Source: an uncultured bacterium (lineage in GTDB: Bacteria > Babelota > Babeliae > Babelales > Vermiphilaceae). From it: 64,000 bases of DNA. The translations under genes and the position numbers were made by a program. The DNA is taken from positions 128,001 through 192,000 of the forward strand of contig OY969699.1 of the NCBI GenBank assembly GCA_963702025.1, read 5' to 3'. The notes under the pieces are model-generated. The model saw nothing but the letters and a program-made list of their open reading frames with translations. It searched no databases and was not told the DNA's origin. How positions within the stretch are numbered: position 1 is the first letter of the stretch; each line of letters begins with the position of its first letter. Positions 29,612-39,573 of this stretch are shown here, one piece after another.

Positions 29612-31921
29612 ATGAGCATATTTAATCGAAAGGCATTTACGTTTCTGCATATTTTAGTAGTAGCTTTTAATCTCGCTACCGCAAGAATAGAGGCAATGTC
29701 ATCGTGTTCTGAAAGTCTATATGATGTTATTATCGTTGGGGCAGGGAATGCGGGATCTGTGCTCGCTAACCGTCTAACTGAAGATCCTACAATCCAAGTA
29801 CTTGTTATTGAAGCCGGACGCGATGACACTCGGGAAGCACCGCTTCTTCCCCTTGATTTGCCCAATCCTATGCCAAATAAATCAAATAATTTATGGTCGA
29901 GCCTTCCTCGGTTTGGGGCTTCGCTTTTCGCCGCTAACCAGGCGCAAGGCTTTGTTGGTTGGCAATTTGCCCCACTTCTGAGGGATGATCCGACCGCCAG
30001 GTATGTTATTTATTTCCGTGGATCTTCATTTGGTGGATGCACAATAAATAATGGCACTATTGCATTGCGTGGACATTCTTATGTGTATGATGAATGGGAT
30101 GCTCTAGTGGGCAATCCTGGCATATGGACCTACAATGATCTGATTCCTTATTTTATAAAAATGGAAAACCGTGGCCAGCATCGTTCTCCCGATGATGCAC
30201 TAAACCCTGGCGGGTTATATTTCAATCCGGCACAGCCACCCAATACACTTGGTGATTTTGATCCCGCTACTCAGGGGATAGGAGGCCCAGTATCTTTACT
30301 TTGGAATACCTTTACCGTTGATCCATTATCCACCGCATTAGCAACTGCGTTGACTAGTAATCTCTACCCTGGATCACCAATACCGGTTAACGTAGATCCC
30401 GATAACCAAACCAATACGCAATATCTTACCGGGGCACCATTTACAAATTATGATCAATATGGTGCAGATTTTCCATCGCTCAATCCATATACAACACTAT
30501 TATCATTCCCTCCCGGGTTTGGTCCATTTACTGGGGAAGTTCCACGCACCGAGCGTATGCATGCGGCTGGTTCATATTTGTATCCGATTCTTCCTGGTGG
30601 TTCAAATCCGCGCCCTAATCTTACTATTATTTCTGAAGCATTGGTCACTAAGATTATTTTTGATAATCAAAACAGAGCGATTGGTGTCCAGTATCTGGAA
30701 AGTAACACCGGAACGCCAACAGGCACTTGGAATATCTATCAGACTGGCCGACAAATGAATACCTCTCGTGCGGGGGTTGGTGGCGCCCCAACTAATGCAA
30801 CAGCAAATGCAGCAGTTGCTCTAGCAGCAGGACCAAAAGTTGCACGGGCGGCAAAAGAGGTAATTTTGTGTGGTGGAACATTTAATTCGCCGCAACTATT
30901 ATTACTTTCTGGTGTCGGTCCAGCGGCTGATTTAGAAGCGCTCAATATTCCGGTAATTGCAGATTTACCTGGCGTGGGCCAGCATCTTATGGACCATCCA
31001 GCAGTAGACATTGTATGGAATCATAACACTCCTTATGACCCCCTTGTTGATATTGGTGCTGGACAATTACCATTAATTGTTAATTATATTCTTGATTTTA
31101 AATCGGATGCTTCTCAGCTATTTGGTAACTTTACCGGTGATTTTTACCCTGGAGGGGCAACTCTAGGATGGAGTGGCGGAAGTGACCTGATGGATGCGTT
31201 TGCTGGCAATGCACGGTATGATGGTCCTCCCCAGTATATTTATCCGTGGGTATTTAGTAATCAAGATGGCACTAACTCAAATCAACGGTATGATCCGCCA
31301 CTTGATGAAACTATTCACGCATCCGTTCTTTTAGAAAAAAGAGGTAATATTCAATCAACGGGCTTCTTAAGATTACAAAGTGCTGATCCAACCGTTCCTC
31401 CCTATATTGTAATGAATCTTCTATTAGACCCTACAGATATGCAGGATTTTATTAATGCATTTACTGGTACTATTGCCCCATTAATACAAAATCTTGGAGC
31501 ATTAACTCCAAGTTACTTTGGATCATGGGTTGCTCCAGATCCTGCTAGTTTCTTAACATCTGGTACAACATTAAATATTCCGAGTCTTTCTAACTTCAAT
31601 CAACCGGTATTTGAACAATGGTTATTGGACCATGTCTGGGGGCACACCCATGCGTGTGGAACATGCAAAATGGGACTTTTGTCTTCAGATCCGATGGCGG
31701 TCGTTGATGCTGACTTGCATGTGTACGGCGTTCAAAGAGTACGAGTAGTTGATTGCTCAATATTCCCTGTTATTCCTACGGGAAATACTCAAATACCTTG
31801 CTATGTAATGGCTGAACGCGCTGCCGATCTGATTAAAGCAGACTTACCAACGATTACTCCAATAACATCAATTAATCCGTTGGTTGATGCATTGGTTGCA
31901 TCATATGGTAGTGGTAGTTGA
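29612..31921 (+). CDS. Exported GMC-family FAD oxidoreductase 2
   Basis: Same motifs; paralog of 27149. Confidence 0.92.
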   Translation: MSIFNRKAFTFLHILVVAFNLATARIEAMSSCSESLYDVIIVGAGNAGSVLANRLTEDPTIQVLVIEAGRDDTREAPLLPLDLPNPMPNKSNNLWSSLPRFGASLFAANQAQGFVGWQFAPLLRDDPTARYVIYFRGSSFGGCTINNGTIALRGHSYVYDEWDALVGNPGIWTYNDLIPYFIKMENRGQHRSPDDALNPGGLYFNPAQPPNTLGDFDPATQGIGGPVSLLWNTFTVDPLSTALATALTSNLYPGSPIPVNVDPDNQTNTQYLTGAPFTNYDQYGADFPSLNPYTTLLSFPPGFGPFTGEVPRTERMHAAGSYLYPILPGGSNPRPNLTIISEALVTKIIFDNQNRAIGVQYLESNTGTPTGTWNIYQTGRQMNTSRAGVGGAPTNATANAAVALAAGPKVARAAKEVILCGGTFNSPQLLLLSGVGPAADLEALNIPVIADLPGVGQHLMDHPAVDIVWNHNTPYDPLVDIGAGQLPLIVNYILDFKSDASQLFGNFTGDFYPGGATLGWSGGSDLMDAFAGNARYDGPPQYIYPWVFSNQDGTNSNQRYDPPLDETIHASVLLEKRGNIQSTGFLRLQSADPTVPPYIVMNLLLDPTDMQDFINAFTGTIAPLIQNLGALTPSYFGSWVAPDPASFLTSGTTLNIPSLSNFNQPVFEQWLLDHVWGHTHACGTCKMGLLSSDPMAVVDADLHVYGVQRVRVVDCSIFPVIPTGNTQIPCYVMAERAADLIKADLPTITPITSINPLVDALVASYGSGS

Positions 31922-32101
31922 ACGTAATTTCATTTTTATTATCCCAAAAAGGCCTTGCTGTTAGCAAGGCCTTTTTTCTTTTAGAAATGAGTCCTGTTCG
32001 CTTCCCAGCCTTCGACTTATTTTAAAATAGAACTTTACAAAAAAAAAAAACAAATAGCCTGCTAAGTGTATTTTGCTTTTTACTTTAAAAAAGGAGATTT
32101 A

Positions 32102-33607
32102 ATGCAAAATTTACATTGGTTACTCTTACTCTCTTTTCTCTTGCCCTGGAAAATGTATAGCGATGAATGCTCACCCGCCAAGGCAAATGAAATTCAGTGC
32201 CCGAGCAATATCATTCACCCCAAAACTTTTTTCAGTCCACGCCAAATTACTTTTGATTCTACGTTCGAACTTGCACTTGCTAATTATGATATATACCATC
32301 CGTTAGACTGCGATGTTTCATGCGGGTACGGATTGCATCTGTATGCCACACCATTTTACGAGCAATCTAGAAAATCTTGTTCTCTTGCCCGTTATTTCTT
32401 ACCCAATGGCAAATGTGCCATTAACGTGAAACAAGATGGAACCGGTGATGTTGATCCATTATGGCTCGGTTTAGTGGGAGTTCCGGGAAGTCCGTATAGC
32501 TCAATTTTTGGTCTAAAGCCACAACGCAAAGCATACGGCGCTGTTTTTAATGCACGAATTGATTTAGGTGCATGGTCGGATTGCCTGTGCAATTATTGGA
32601 TTTGGATCAATACTGCAGTAGTGCAGGCCAAACACAACATGCACGTATGTGAAGTTCCGGCAACCCAAGATACGTGTGTTGTTGGTGCCGACATGTGTAC
32701 GGCACTTAATAACCCTTCCTGGACCGCAGGAAAAATTGCTTGTGAATCAAGAAAAAGAACGGGCCTTGACGATATACAAATAAAACTTGGTTACGATTGG
32801 TATTATTGCGGATGCGATCAAGATAGCCACATTGCTCCCTACCTTATTGGCGGAATTCCGACCGGAAAACGACCAAAATCAGAATATTTATTTGAACCGT
32901 TAGTTGGCAGCAAGCATGGTAGCTTTGGCGCCGGTCTGAATGCTGACGCAAACATTTGGGCATGCAATGATGCATCAATTGTTTGGATGATGGATTTTAA
33001 ATATCGGTATATTTTCAAAGCCCGTGAACGGCGCTCATTTGATCTATGCGCCAATGGAGATTGGTCACGGTATTTATTGCTGGCAAGTAGCACCGATCCA
33101 ATAACACCGATTCCGGCGATTAATATTCTCACTACTGAGGTGCATGTTACGCCACGCAGTGAAATAAACTTTTGGACCGCGTTACATTACGCATACTGCA
33201 ATTATGGCTTTGAATTGGGCTACAATCTCTGGTACCGTCAACGTGAAAAAGTACGATTAGATGTTCCACCTGCAATTGCTAATCTAGGAATTTATGATCT
33301 TGCCGGTGCAGCAGTACTTAATCCGGTTTCAGCAAGCACGGCAAATATTTCTCAATCAATCGGTGGCAGCAATCCGGTGGTCAGCGATCCAACGTTTGTA
33401 ACACTTACTCTGGCAAATCTCAATCTGGAATCCGCGGAACATCCACGCGCGGTAACGCACAAAGTTTATGCGGGCGGAGATTATCGCTGCTGCTGGTGCC
33501 AAAACGAAGTATTGCTCGGCCTAGTTGGATCCTATGAATTTACCGGCACTAAGCGCACTGCGCTGCAACAATGGGCAATCTTTGGAAAGTTGGGCATATC
33601 ATTTTGA
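32102..33607 (+). CDS. Large Cys-rich outer-membrane beta-barrel-like protein, family B copy 2
   Basis: Start MQNLH at 32102 after AAGGAG; nearly identical to copy 1 beyond the N-terminal ~100 aa. Confidence 0.7.
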   Translation: MQNLHWLLLLSFLLPWKMYSDECSPAKANEIQCPSNIIHPKTFFSPRQITFDSTFELALANYDIYHPLDCDVSCGYGLHLYATPFYEQSRKSCSLARYFLPNGKCAINVKQDGTGDVDPLWLGLVGVPGSPYSSIFGLKPQRKAYGAVFNARIDLGAWSDCLCNYWIWINTAVVQAKHNMHVCEVPATQDTCVVGADMCTALNNPSWTAGKIACESRKRTGLDDIQIKLGYDWYYCGCDQDSHIAPYLIGGIPTGKRPKSEYLFEPLVGSKHGSFGAGLNADANIWACNDASIVWMMDFKYRYIFKARERRSFDLCANGDWSRYLLLASSTDPITPIPAINILTTEVHVTPRSEINFWTALHYAYCNYGFELGYNLWYRQREKVRLDVPPAIANLGIYDLAGAAVLNPVSASTANISQSIGGSNPVVSDPTFVTLTLANLNLESAEHPRAVTHKVYAGGDYRCCWCQNEVLLGLVGSYEFTGTKRTALQQWAIFGKLGISF

Positions 33608-33652
33608 GAAGTTGAAAAAGAAAATCACTAAAAAAAGAAGAGTTCAATATAT

Positions 33653-35980
33653 ATGAGAATAATAAACACAAAAATTTTAACTTTATTTTTTGCTCTAGCA
33701 CTGGCCTGGGTGCCGTATGCTGAAGCAAAAATAGAACGAGCGGTTACCCAACCTGCATGTAACCAGTTATATGACGTTATTATTATTGGTGCGGGGAATG
33801 CAGGATCGGTGCTTGCAAACCGCTTAACAGAAGATCCGACCGTCAATGTGCTTCTTATTGAAGCCGGACGCGATGATACCCGTTTAGCACCGCTCCTTCC
33901 TATTGATTTGACTAGCCCTTTGCCGAATAAAACAAACAATCTATGGTCAAGTTTGCCTCGTTTTGGCGCTACCCTTTTCGCCGCTAATCAGGCGCAAGGC
34001 TTTGTTGGTTGGCAATTTACTCCACTTTTGAGGGATGATCCAACCAGCAGATCTACTTTTTATGTACGGGGAGCCACGTTGGGTGGATCCACAATAAATA
34101 ATGGCACTATTGCATTACGTGGGCATTTTTATGTGTATGATGAATGGGATGCGGCAGTGGGTAATCCTGGCATATGGGCCTACAATGATCTGATTCCTTA
34201 TTTTAAAATAATGGAAAATCGTGGTCAGCACCGTGCTCCTTTTGACGCTTTGAGTCCTGGTGGACTTTATTTCAACCCTGCACAGCCGGCTAATACGCTT
34301 GGCGATTTTGATCCGGCTACCCAAGGAATAGGGGGACCGGTAACATTACTTTGGAATACCTTTATAGTTGATCCATTGTCTGGTGCATTAGCAGCTGCAT
34401 TGACGGGCAATACATATCCTGGATCTCCCATACCGGTGAACGTTGATCCTGATAACCAAACCAATACACAATATCTGAGCGGAGCACCATTTACACAATA
34501 TGATCAGTATGGCGCAGATTTTCCATCGCTTAACCCGTATACTGGATTTTTAGAATTCCCTACCGGTTATGGGCCATTTACTGGCATGATTCCACGTACC
34601 GAGCGCATGCATGCCGCTGGTTCATATTTGTATCCTATTCTTCCGGGTGGTTCAACTCCTCGCCCTAATCTCACTCTTCTTTCTGAAGTGCTTGTTACAA
34701 AGATTGTTTTTGACAATCAAAATAGAGCGATTGGTGTTCAGTATTTAGAAAGTAATACTGGCACACCAACCGGCACTTGGAATGTTTATCAAGCCGGCCG
34801 CCAAATGAATACATCTCGTGCCGGTATTGGTGGCACTCCATCTGATGCGAAAGCAAATGCAGCAGTAGCCTTAGAAGCAGGACCAAAAGTTGCGCGAGCA
34901 GCAAAAGAGGTAATTTTGTGCGGTGGAGCATTTAATTCTCCACAACTATTATTACTTTCCGGCGTTGGCCCTGCAGCTGATTTAGAAGCGCTCAATATTC
35001 CGGTAGTTGCAGATTTGCCTGGCGTGGGACAGCATCTTATGGACCATGCAGGGGTTGACATTGTCTGGAATCATAACACCCCTTACAATCCTCTTGTTGA
35101 TATCGGTTTAGGACAATTGCCACTAATTGTTAATTATTTTCTTGATTTTAAATCAACCGCTGCTCAGCCATTTGGGGACTTTGTTGCTGATTTCTATCCG
35201 GGAGGAACAACTCTGGGGTGGAGCGGTGGAAGCGATCTAATGGATGCTGTTAATTTCAATACTGATGTCTTTGGAAATGCGCGATATGATGGACCGCCGC
35301 AATATATCTATCCGTTTATCTTTAGTAATCAAGATGGCACGAGCTCAAACCAACGCTATGATCCGCCACTTGATCAAACCGTTCATGCTGCTATGCTTTT
35401 GGAAAAGCGAGGTAATATTCAATCAACCGGTTTCTTAAAATTGCAAAGTGCTGATCCTACAGTCCCCCCATACATAGTAATGAACTATTTGTTGGATCCT
35501 ACAGATATGCAAGACTATATCAATGCATTTACCGGTACCATTGCGCCATTGATACAAAACCTTGCAGGTGTCGCCCCAGGTTGGTTTGGTTCCTGGGTTG
35601 CACCGGGAATTGACAGCTTCTTACTGCCTAGTACTGGACCAATATTACTTCCCGACAATTCTAATTTCAATCAACCGGCATTTGAACAATGGTTATTAGA
35701 TCACGTTTGGGGTCACCATGCATGCGGAACATGCAAAATGGGACTTTCCACAGATCCTATGGCAGTTGTCGATGCGGATTTGCATGTGTATGGCGTGGAA
35801 CGAGTACGGGTAGTTGATTGCTCAATATTCCCTGTTATTCCTACTGCCAATACTCAAATACCTTGCTATGTAATGGCTGAACGCGCTGCCGATCTGATTA
35901 AAGCAGACTTACCAGCGATTACTCCAATTACTTCTATCAATCCTTTAGTTGATGCTCTTGTAGCCACCTACGGTAATTGA
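33653..35980 (+). CDS. Exported GMC-family FAD oxidoreductase 3
   Basis: Same motifs; signal peptide ending AEA. Confidence 0.92.
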   Translation: MRIINTKILTLFFALALAWVPYAEAKIERAVTQPACNQLYDVIIIGAGNAGSVLANRLTEDPTVNVLLIEAGRDDTRLAPLLPIDLTSPLPNKTNNLWSSLPRFGATLFAANQAQGFVGWQFTPLLRDDPTSRSTFYVRGATLGGSTINNGTIALRGHFYVYDEWDAAVGNPGIWAYNDLIPYFKIMENRGQHRAPFDALSPGGLYFNPAQPANTLGDFDPATQGIGGPVTLLWNTFIVDPLSGALAAALTGNTYPGSPIPVNVDPDNQTNTQYLSGAPFTQYDQYGADFPSLNPYTGFLEFPTGYGPFTGMIPRTERMHAAGSYLYPILPGGSTPRPNLTLLSEVLVTKIVFDNQNRAIGVQYLESNTGTPTGTWNVYQAGRQMNTSRAGIGGTPSDAKANAAVALEAGPKVARAAKEVILCGGAFNSPQLLLLSGVGPAADLEALNIPVVADLPGVGQHLMDHAGVDIVWNHNTPYNPLVDIGLGQLPLIVNYFLDFKSTAAQPFGDFVADFYPGGTTLGWSGGSDLMDAVNFNTDVFGNARYDGPPQYIYPFIFSNQDGTSSNQRYDPPLDQTVHAAMLLEKRGNIQSTGFLKLQSADPTVPPYIVMNYLLDPTDMQDYINAFTGTIAPLIQNLAGVAPGWFGSWVAPGIDSFLLPSTGPILLPDNSNFNQPAFEQWLLDHVWGHHACGTCKMGLSTDPMAVVDADLHVYGVERVRVVDCSIFPVIPTANTQIPCYVMAERAADLIKADLPAITPITSINPLVDALVATYGN

Positions 35981-36275
35981 ACGTATTTTTTTATCCCAAA
36001 AGGCCTTGTTAACAAGGCCTTTTCTCTGAAAAGCATACCTAGGAGACGATTATTTCAATCTGAATTAAAAAAATGCAAAGTCATAAGAATTGCAATTAAT
36101 ATAAAACCGCTTATAATGAAGTTAAATGATTACTTTTAACGCTTCAGTTTTAAATGCATACCAAATCTATATATAATTACACCAACAGTTATTTATCTAG
36201 TTTCGGGAGGACTCCAGCGAGAACAAACTCATTTTTGTTGTTTTTTTTTAATTCTTTTATATAAGCGAATTTATA

Positions 36276-36590
36276 ATGAATATTTATGTTGGAAGACTTC
36301 CACGTACCTTCAATGAAGCAAAACTCAAAGAAATTTTTGAGCAATATGGTGTTGTGACCTCAGTAAAAATGATTAAAGACAAATTTACTGGCGCACTCAA
36401 AGGCTTTGCATTTATCGAAATGCCTGAAGATGAAAGCGCACAAAGCGCCATCGCTGCTTTGAATGGTAAGGAATATGAAGGCCAAAGACTCGTGGTGAGC
36501 GAAGCTCGTCCTCGTGAAGAGCGGCCAATGCGCGAAGGCGGCAGATTCCAAAGTCAACGTCCTCGCTTTGGTGGCAATAACCGCTACTAA
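36276..36590 (+). CDS. RRM RNA-binding protein
   Basis: RNP2 IYVGRL, RNP1 KGFAFIEM, VSEARPRE and R/G-rich tail. Confidence 0.93.
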   Translation: MNIYVGRLPRTFNEAKLKEIFEQYGVVTSVKMIKDKFTGALKGFAFIEMPEDESAQSAIAALNGKEYEGQRLVVSEARPREERPMREGGRFQSQRPRFGGNNRY

Positions 36591-36609
36591 TTTGATTTGA
36601 TTTTCAAGA

Positions 36610-36638
36610 TAAGGCGCCCGTAAAAAGGCGCCTTATTT
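36610..36638 (+). terminator. Intrinsic terminator
   Basis: aaggcgcc-cgtaaaaa-ggcgcctt followed by T-rich tract. Confidence 0.7.
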
Positions 36639-36664
36639 GTTTTATTTCGCTAAACCCTTCACTG

Positions 36665-37161
36665 AACTCTGGCTAAAAAGATGGAAAAAGGCCGCTCGTG
36701 ATGAGTGCGAACGCAGTGAGTCCTTCGACGGTGCTCAGGATAAACTCCATGAGAGCGTACTGGTCCGGCGAAGCTTTAGCGAAGACGGATCGAACCATGC
36801 GGCCTAAAAATCATAAAGATAGTACTGATAGTGTTGAAAAAAGAATTGCAGAGCATGTCTCAGGTTCTTATCCTGGTTATACCAAAACACGTCTACCTGT
36901 AGAACTTGTATATATTCAAGAGTTTGCAAGCCGCGATGAAGCCTTTAATGCAGAACATCAAATAAAGAAATGGAATCGAAAGAAAAAGGAAGCACTCATT
37001 GAAAATGATTGGAACTCTTTAAAATTGTTGGCGAAAAAGAAATTTTATTGATAAATATTTATGAAACCCCGCATGGTTCGATACGATTGCTTCGCAATCA
37101 CTCACCACGAGCGGGGACTAATCCGCTCACCCTGAGTAGCGCCCAAGCGCGTATCGAAGGG
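36665..37161 (+). mobile_element. REP-flanked GIY-YIG element with nested REP insertions
   Basis: Left end aactctggctaaaaa...ccgctcgtgatgag...tcgaaccatgcggcctaaaaatcata matches 12121-12215; right REP 37068-37114 in inverted orientation; extra REP 37122-37161. Confidence 0.7.
36821..37051 (+). pseudogene. 5'-truncated GIY-YIG nuclease (UPF0213/YhbQ-like)
   Basis: STDSVEKRIAEH...GYTKTRLPVELVY...SRDEAFNAEHQIKKWNRKKKEALI is the C-terminal part of a small GIY-YIG protein; start codon and GIY/YIG motifs are missing. Confidence 0.85.
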
Positions 37162-37199
37162 TCGAAGCGAACGGATAATCCAAACAGCGCCTTATTTTT

Positions 37200-38585
37200 T
37201 CATGGTCTGCCCATCATCGCATAGGCAAAAGAATGATCTCTCAGCTGAGCAGGATCTAAAATATTACGCGCATCAACGATAATCTTTTGTTTCATCAGCA
37301 GGGCAGCCTGTGCAAGATCGATATACTTAAATTCATCCCACTCAGTAAGTATAATTGCCGCATCAGCCCCCTTGAGCGCCTCATAAACACTGTTCGTGTA
37401 ACAAAGACGGGGGAACAATTTACGCATGTTGTGCATAGCAGCCGGATCAAATGCTTGAATATTCACACCATTTTTTAATAACAGCTCAATAGTTGTTATC
37501 GCCGGTGAGTAACGGATATCATCGGTATTATTTTTAAAAGCAAGGCCAAGCAATGCAACGGATTTGCCCTCGAGCTCACCGTGCATGAGGGTGCTCAGCT
37601 TTTCAAATGGCTTTCTTTTTTGTTCCTCATTTCGCCTGAGTGCCGCTTCAACAACATGCATGGTTACACCAAAAGACTTGCCCATGTTATTCAGTTCATG
37701 GCAATCTTTGGGAAAGCAGGATCCGCCAAAACCGGGACCCGGTCGTAAAAATGCATTTCCAATTCTTTTATCAAGCCCCATCCCTTTGGCAACATCATCA
37801 ATATCAGCCCCCGAGTTATCACACACATCCGCAATTTCATTAATAAAGCTTAATTTGGTGGCAAGAAAAGCATTCGAAGCATATTTAATTGTTTCCGATG
37901 AAATAATACTGGTGCAAACACAGGGCACCCCGGCATCTAAAGGCGGTGCGTAAAGATTTTTCATATCTTCAATCGCCTGTTGGTTTGAACCACCTATTAC
38001 AATACGATCAGGATACATAAAATCATTAATAGCACTTCCCTCACGCAAAAATTCCGGATTTGAAACGAGATCAAAATTCTTTTGATCCACACCCAATTCG
38101 TTCAAAAACTGAACCATTTTGTTACCCGTACCGATGGGCACCGTACTTTTTATACAAACTATTTTATAGGTATCTAAATGATCAGCAATGCTCGAAAATA
38201 CTTGATAGATAGCAGAAAGATCAGCGCAACCATTCTGGCCCATAGGAGTTCCTACCGCAATTACAATTACATCGGATTTATCAATTGCGCTTGCCATGTC
38301 GGTGGTAAAATAGAGCCGTTGCGCCTCTACATTTTTTACCACCAAAGGAGCAAGCCCCGGTTCATAAATAGGAATATGATTATTATTGAGTTGTTCAATT
38401 TTTGATGCATCATTATCAACACAAAATACCGTATGCCCAAAATCAGCAAAACAAACACCGGTGATTAACCCAACATAACCGGTTCCGATAACCGTGACGG
38501 TTGAATGACCACCCTCACAAGAAATCGATGCTGATCCGAATAAAAAATTTACAATTAAAAATAGAATAATTTTTTTATTTTTCAT
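37200..38585 (-). CDS. ugd: UDP-glucose/GDP-mannose dehydrogenase with N-terminal signal-like extension
   Basis: VIGTGYVG, IKSTVPIG, SNPEFLREG, GFGGSCFPKD, GLAFK...DDIR; probable start MKNKK at 38585. Confidence 0.92.
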   Translation of the reverse strand: MKNKKIILFLIVNFLFGSASISCEGGHSTVTVIGTGYVGLITGVCFADFGHTVFCVDNDASKIEQLNNNHIPIYEPGLAPLVVKNVEAQRLYFTTDMASAIDKSDVIVIAVGTPMGQNGCADLSAIYQVFSSIADHLDTYKIVCIKSTVPIGTGNKMVQFLNELGVDQKNFDLVSNPEFLREGSAINDFMYPDRIVIGGSNQQAIEDMKNLYAPPLDAGVPCVCTSIISSETIKYASNAFLATKLSFINEIADVCDNSGADIDDVAKGMGLDKRIGNAFLRPGPGFGGSCFPKDCHELNNMGKSFGVTMHVVEAALRRNEEQKRKPFEKLSTLMHGELEGKSVALLGLAFKNNTDDIRYSPAITTIELLLKNGVNIQAFDPAAMHNMRKLFPRLCYTNSVYEALKGADAAIILTEWDEFKYIDLAQAALLMKQKIIVDARNILDPAQLRDHSFAYAMMGRP

Positions 38586-38766
38586 AATCAACCTCTTTTG
38601 TTTCTTTATGATAGTACCGCAATGCAAAAGAAAAATTGAAGCATTTTTAAAAAATATTAATTTCAGATTGGAAAATAGCGATCTTTGCTTAAAAAATAAT
38701 CTCTTGTTTGATGCAATTAATTTTTGTTAGAAGAAATAGTAGGGAACAACCAAAAAAGGGGCTGGA

Positions 38767-39573
38767 ATGCGGTATTTATTCTTAGCAACTCAGTTACTTA
38801 CGGCTTGCGCATGCCTTTTTGCTACTGTTCAAAAAGAGATTATTGTTATCACCGCATCATATAATAATATTGAATGGGTTGAAGGGTATTTTAATTCAAT
38901 TGCCGGTCAGCAATACCAAAACTGGACGCTGATTTATATCGACGATGCCTCCACCGATGGCACTTATCAAAAGATGTTTTATCTGAGCAAAGCAAGCGGG
39001 CTTTCGGATAAAATATTTATTTTAAGAAATGATGCGCGACACGGACATTTACATAATCAGTATTATGCCATCCATTCGTGCCGTCCCAATGCGATTATTA
39101 TTATTGTGGATGGTGATGACAAACTTGCCCATGAGCATGTTTTTGAAGTAATTAATGCTGCGTATCAGGATGAAAATATATGGCTCACCTACGGGCAATT
39201 TCTCTATGTTAAAAAAAATAAAAAAGGTTTTTGTCGCCCGATTCCCAAAGAGACAATAGAAAATAATGCTATCCGCGAAATAAGTTGGCGCACATCACAC
39301 TTGCGAACCTTTTACGCTGGGCTTTATCACCAAATCAAATTTGAAGATTTACAATATAATGGCGCATTTTTTCCCAAATGCGCTGACGTTGTCACTATGT
39401 TTCCCATGATAGAAATGGCCGGATTTCACATCAAATTTATCCCCGAAATTCTTTATTTATACAATGACGACAATCCGCTTTCATATCACCACGATCCCGC
39501 GCATCAAAGAGAACTGGAAGCGTGTATTCGTAATATGCCCCGGTATCAGCCGTTAAAGGAAAAAGTATGGTAA
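38767..39573 (+). CDS. GT2 glycosyltransferase with signal peptide
   Basis: ITASYN, IDDASTDGT, VDGDD, HLRTF, LYLYN. Confidence 0.85.
   Translation: MRYLFLATQLLTACACLFATVQKEIIVITASYNNIEWVEGYFNSIAGQQYQNWTLIYIDDASTDGTYQKMFYLSKASGLSDKIFILRNDARHGHLHNQYYAIHSCRPNAIIIIVDGDDKLAHEHVFEVINAAYQDENIWLTYGQFLYVKKNKKGFCRPIPKETIENNAIREISWRTSHLRTFYAGLYHQIKFEDLQYNGAFFPKCADVVTMFPMIEMAGFHIKFIPEILYLYNDDNPLSYHHDPAHQRELEACIRNMPRYQPLKEKVW

Noticed and set aside
9174..32050. Poly-A/T tracts in promoter regions (9174-9182, 10176-10184, 32039-32050) as phase-variation switches
   Set aside because: Homopolymers of this length are common in AT-rich DNA and no length variation is visible in this window.
36698..36820. N-terminal part of the 117-aa ORF as a real GIY-YIG start
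   Set aside because: It is read through nested REP sequence; the GIY/YIG motifs are absent, so it is treated as a pseudogene.
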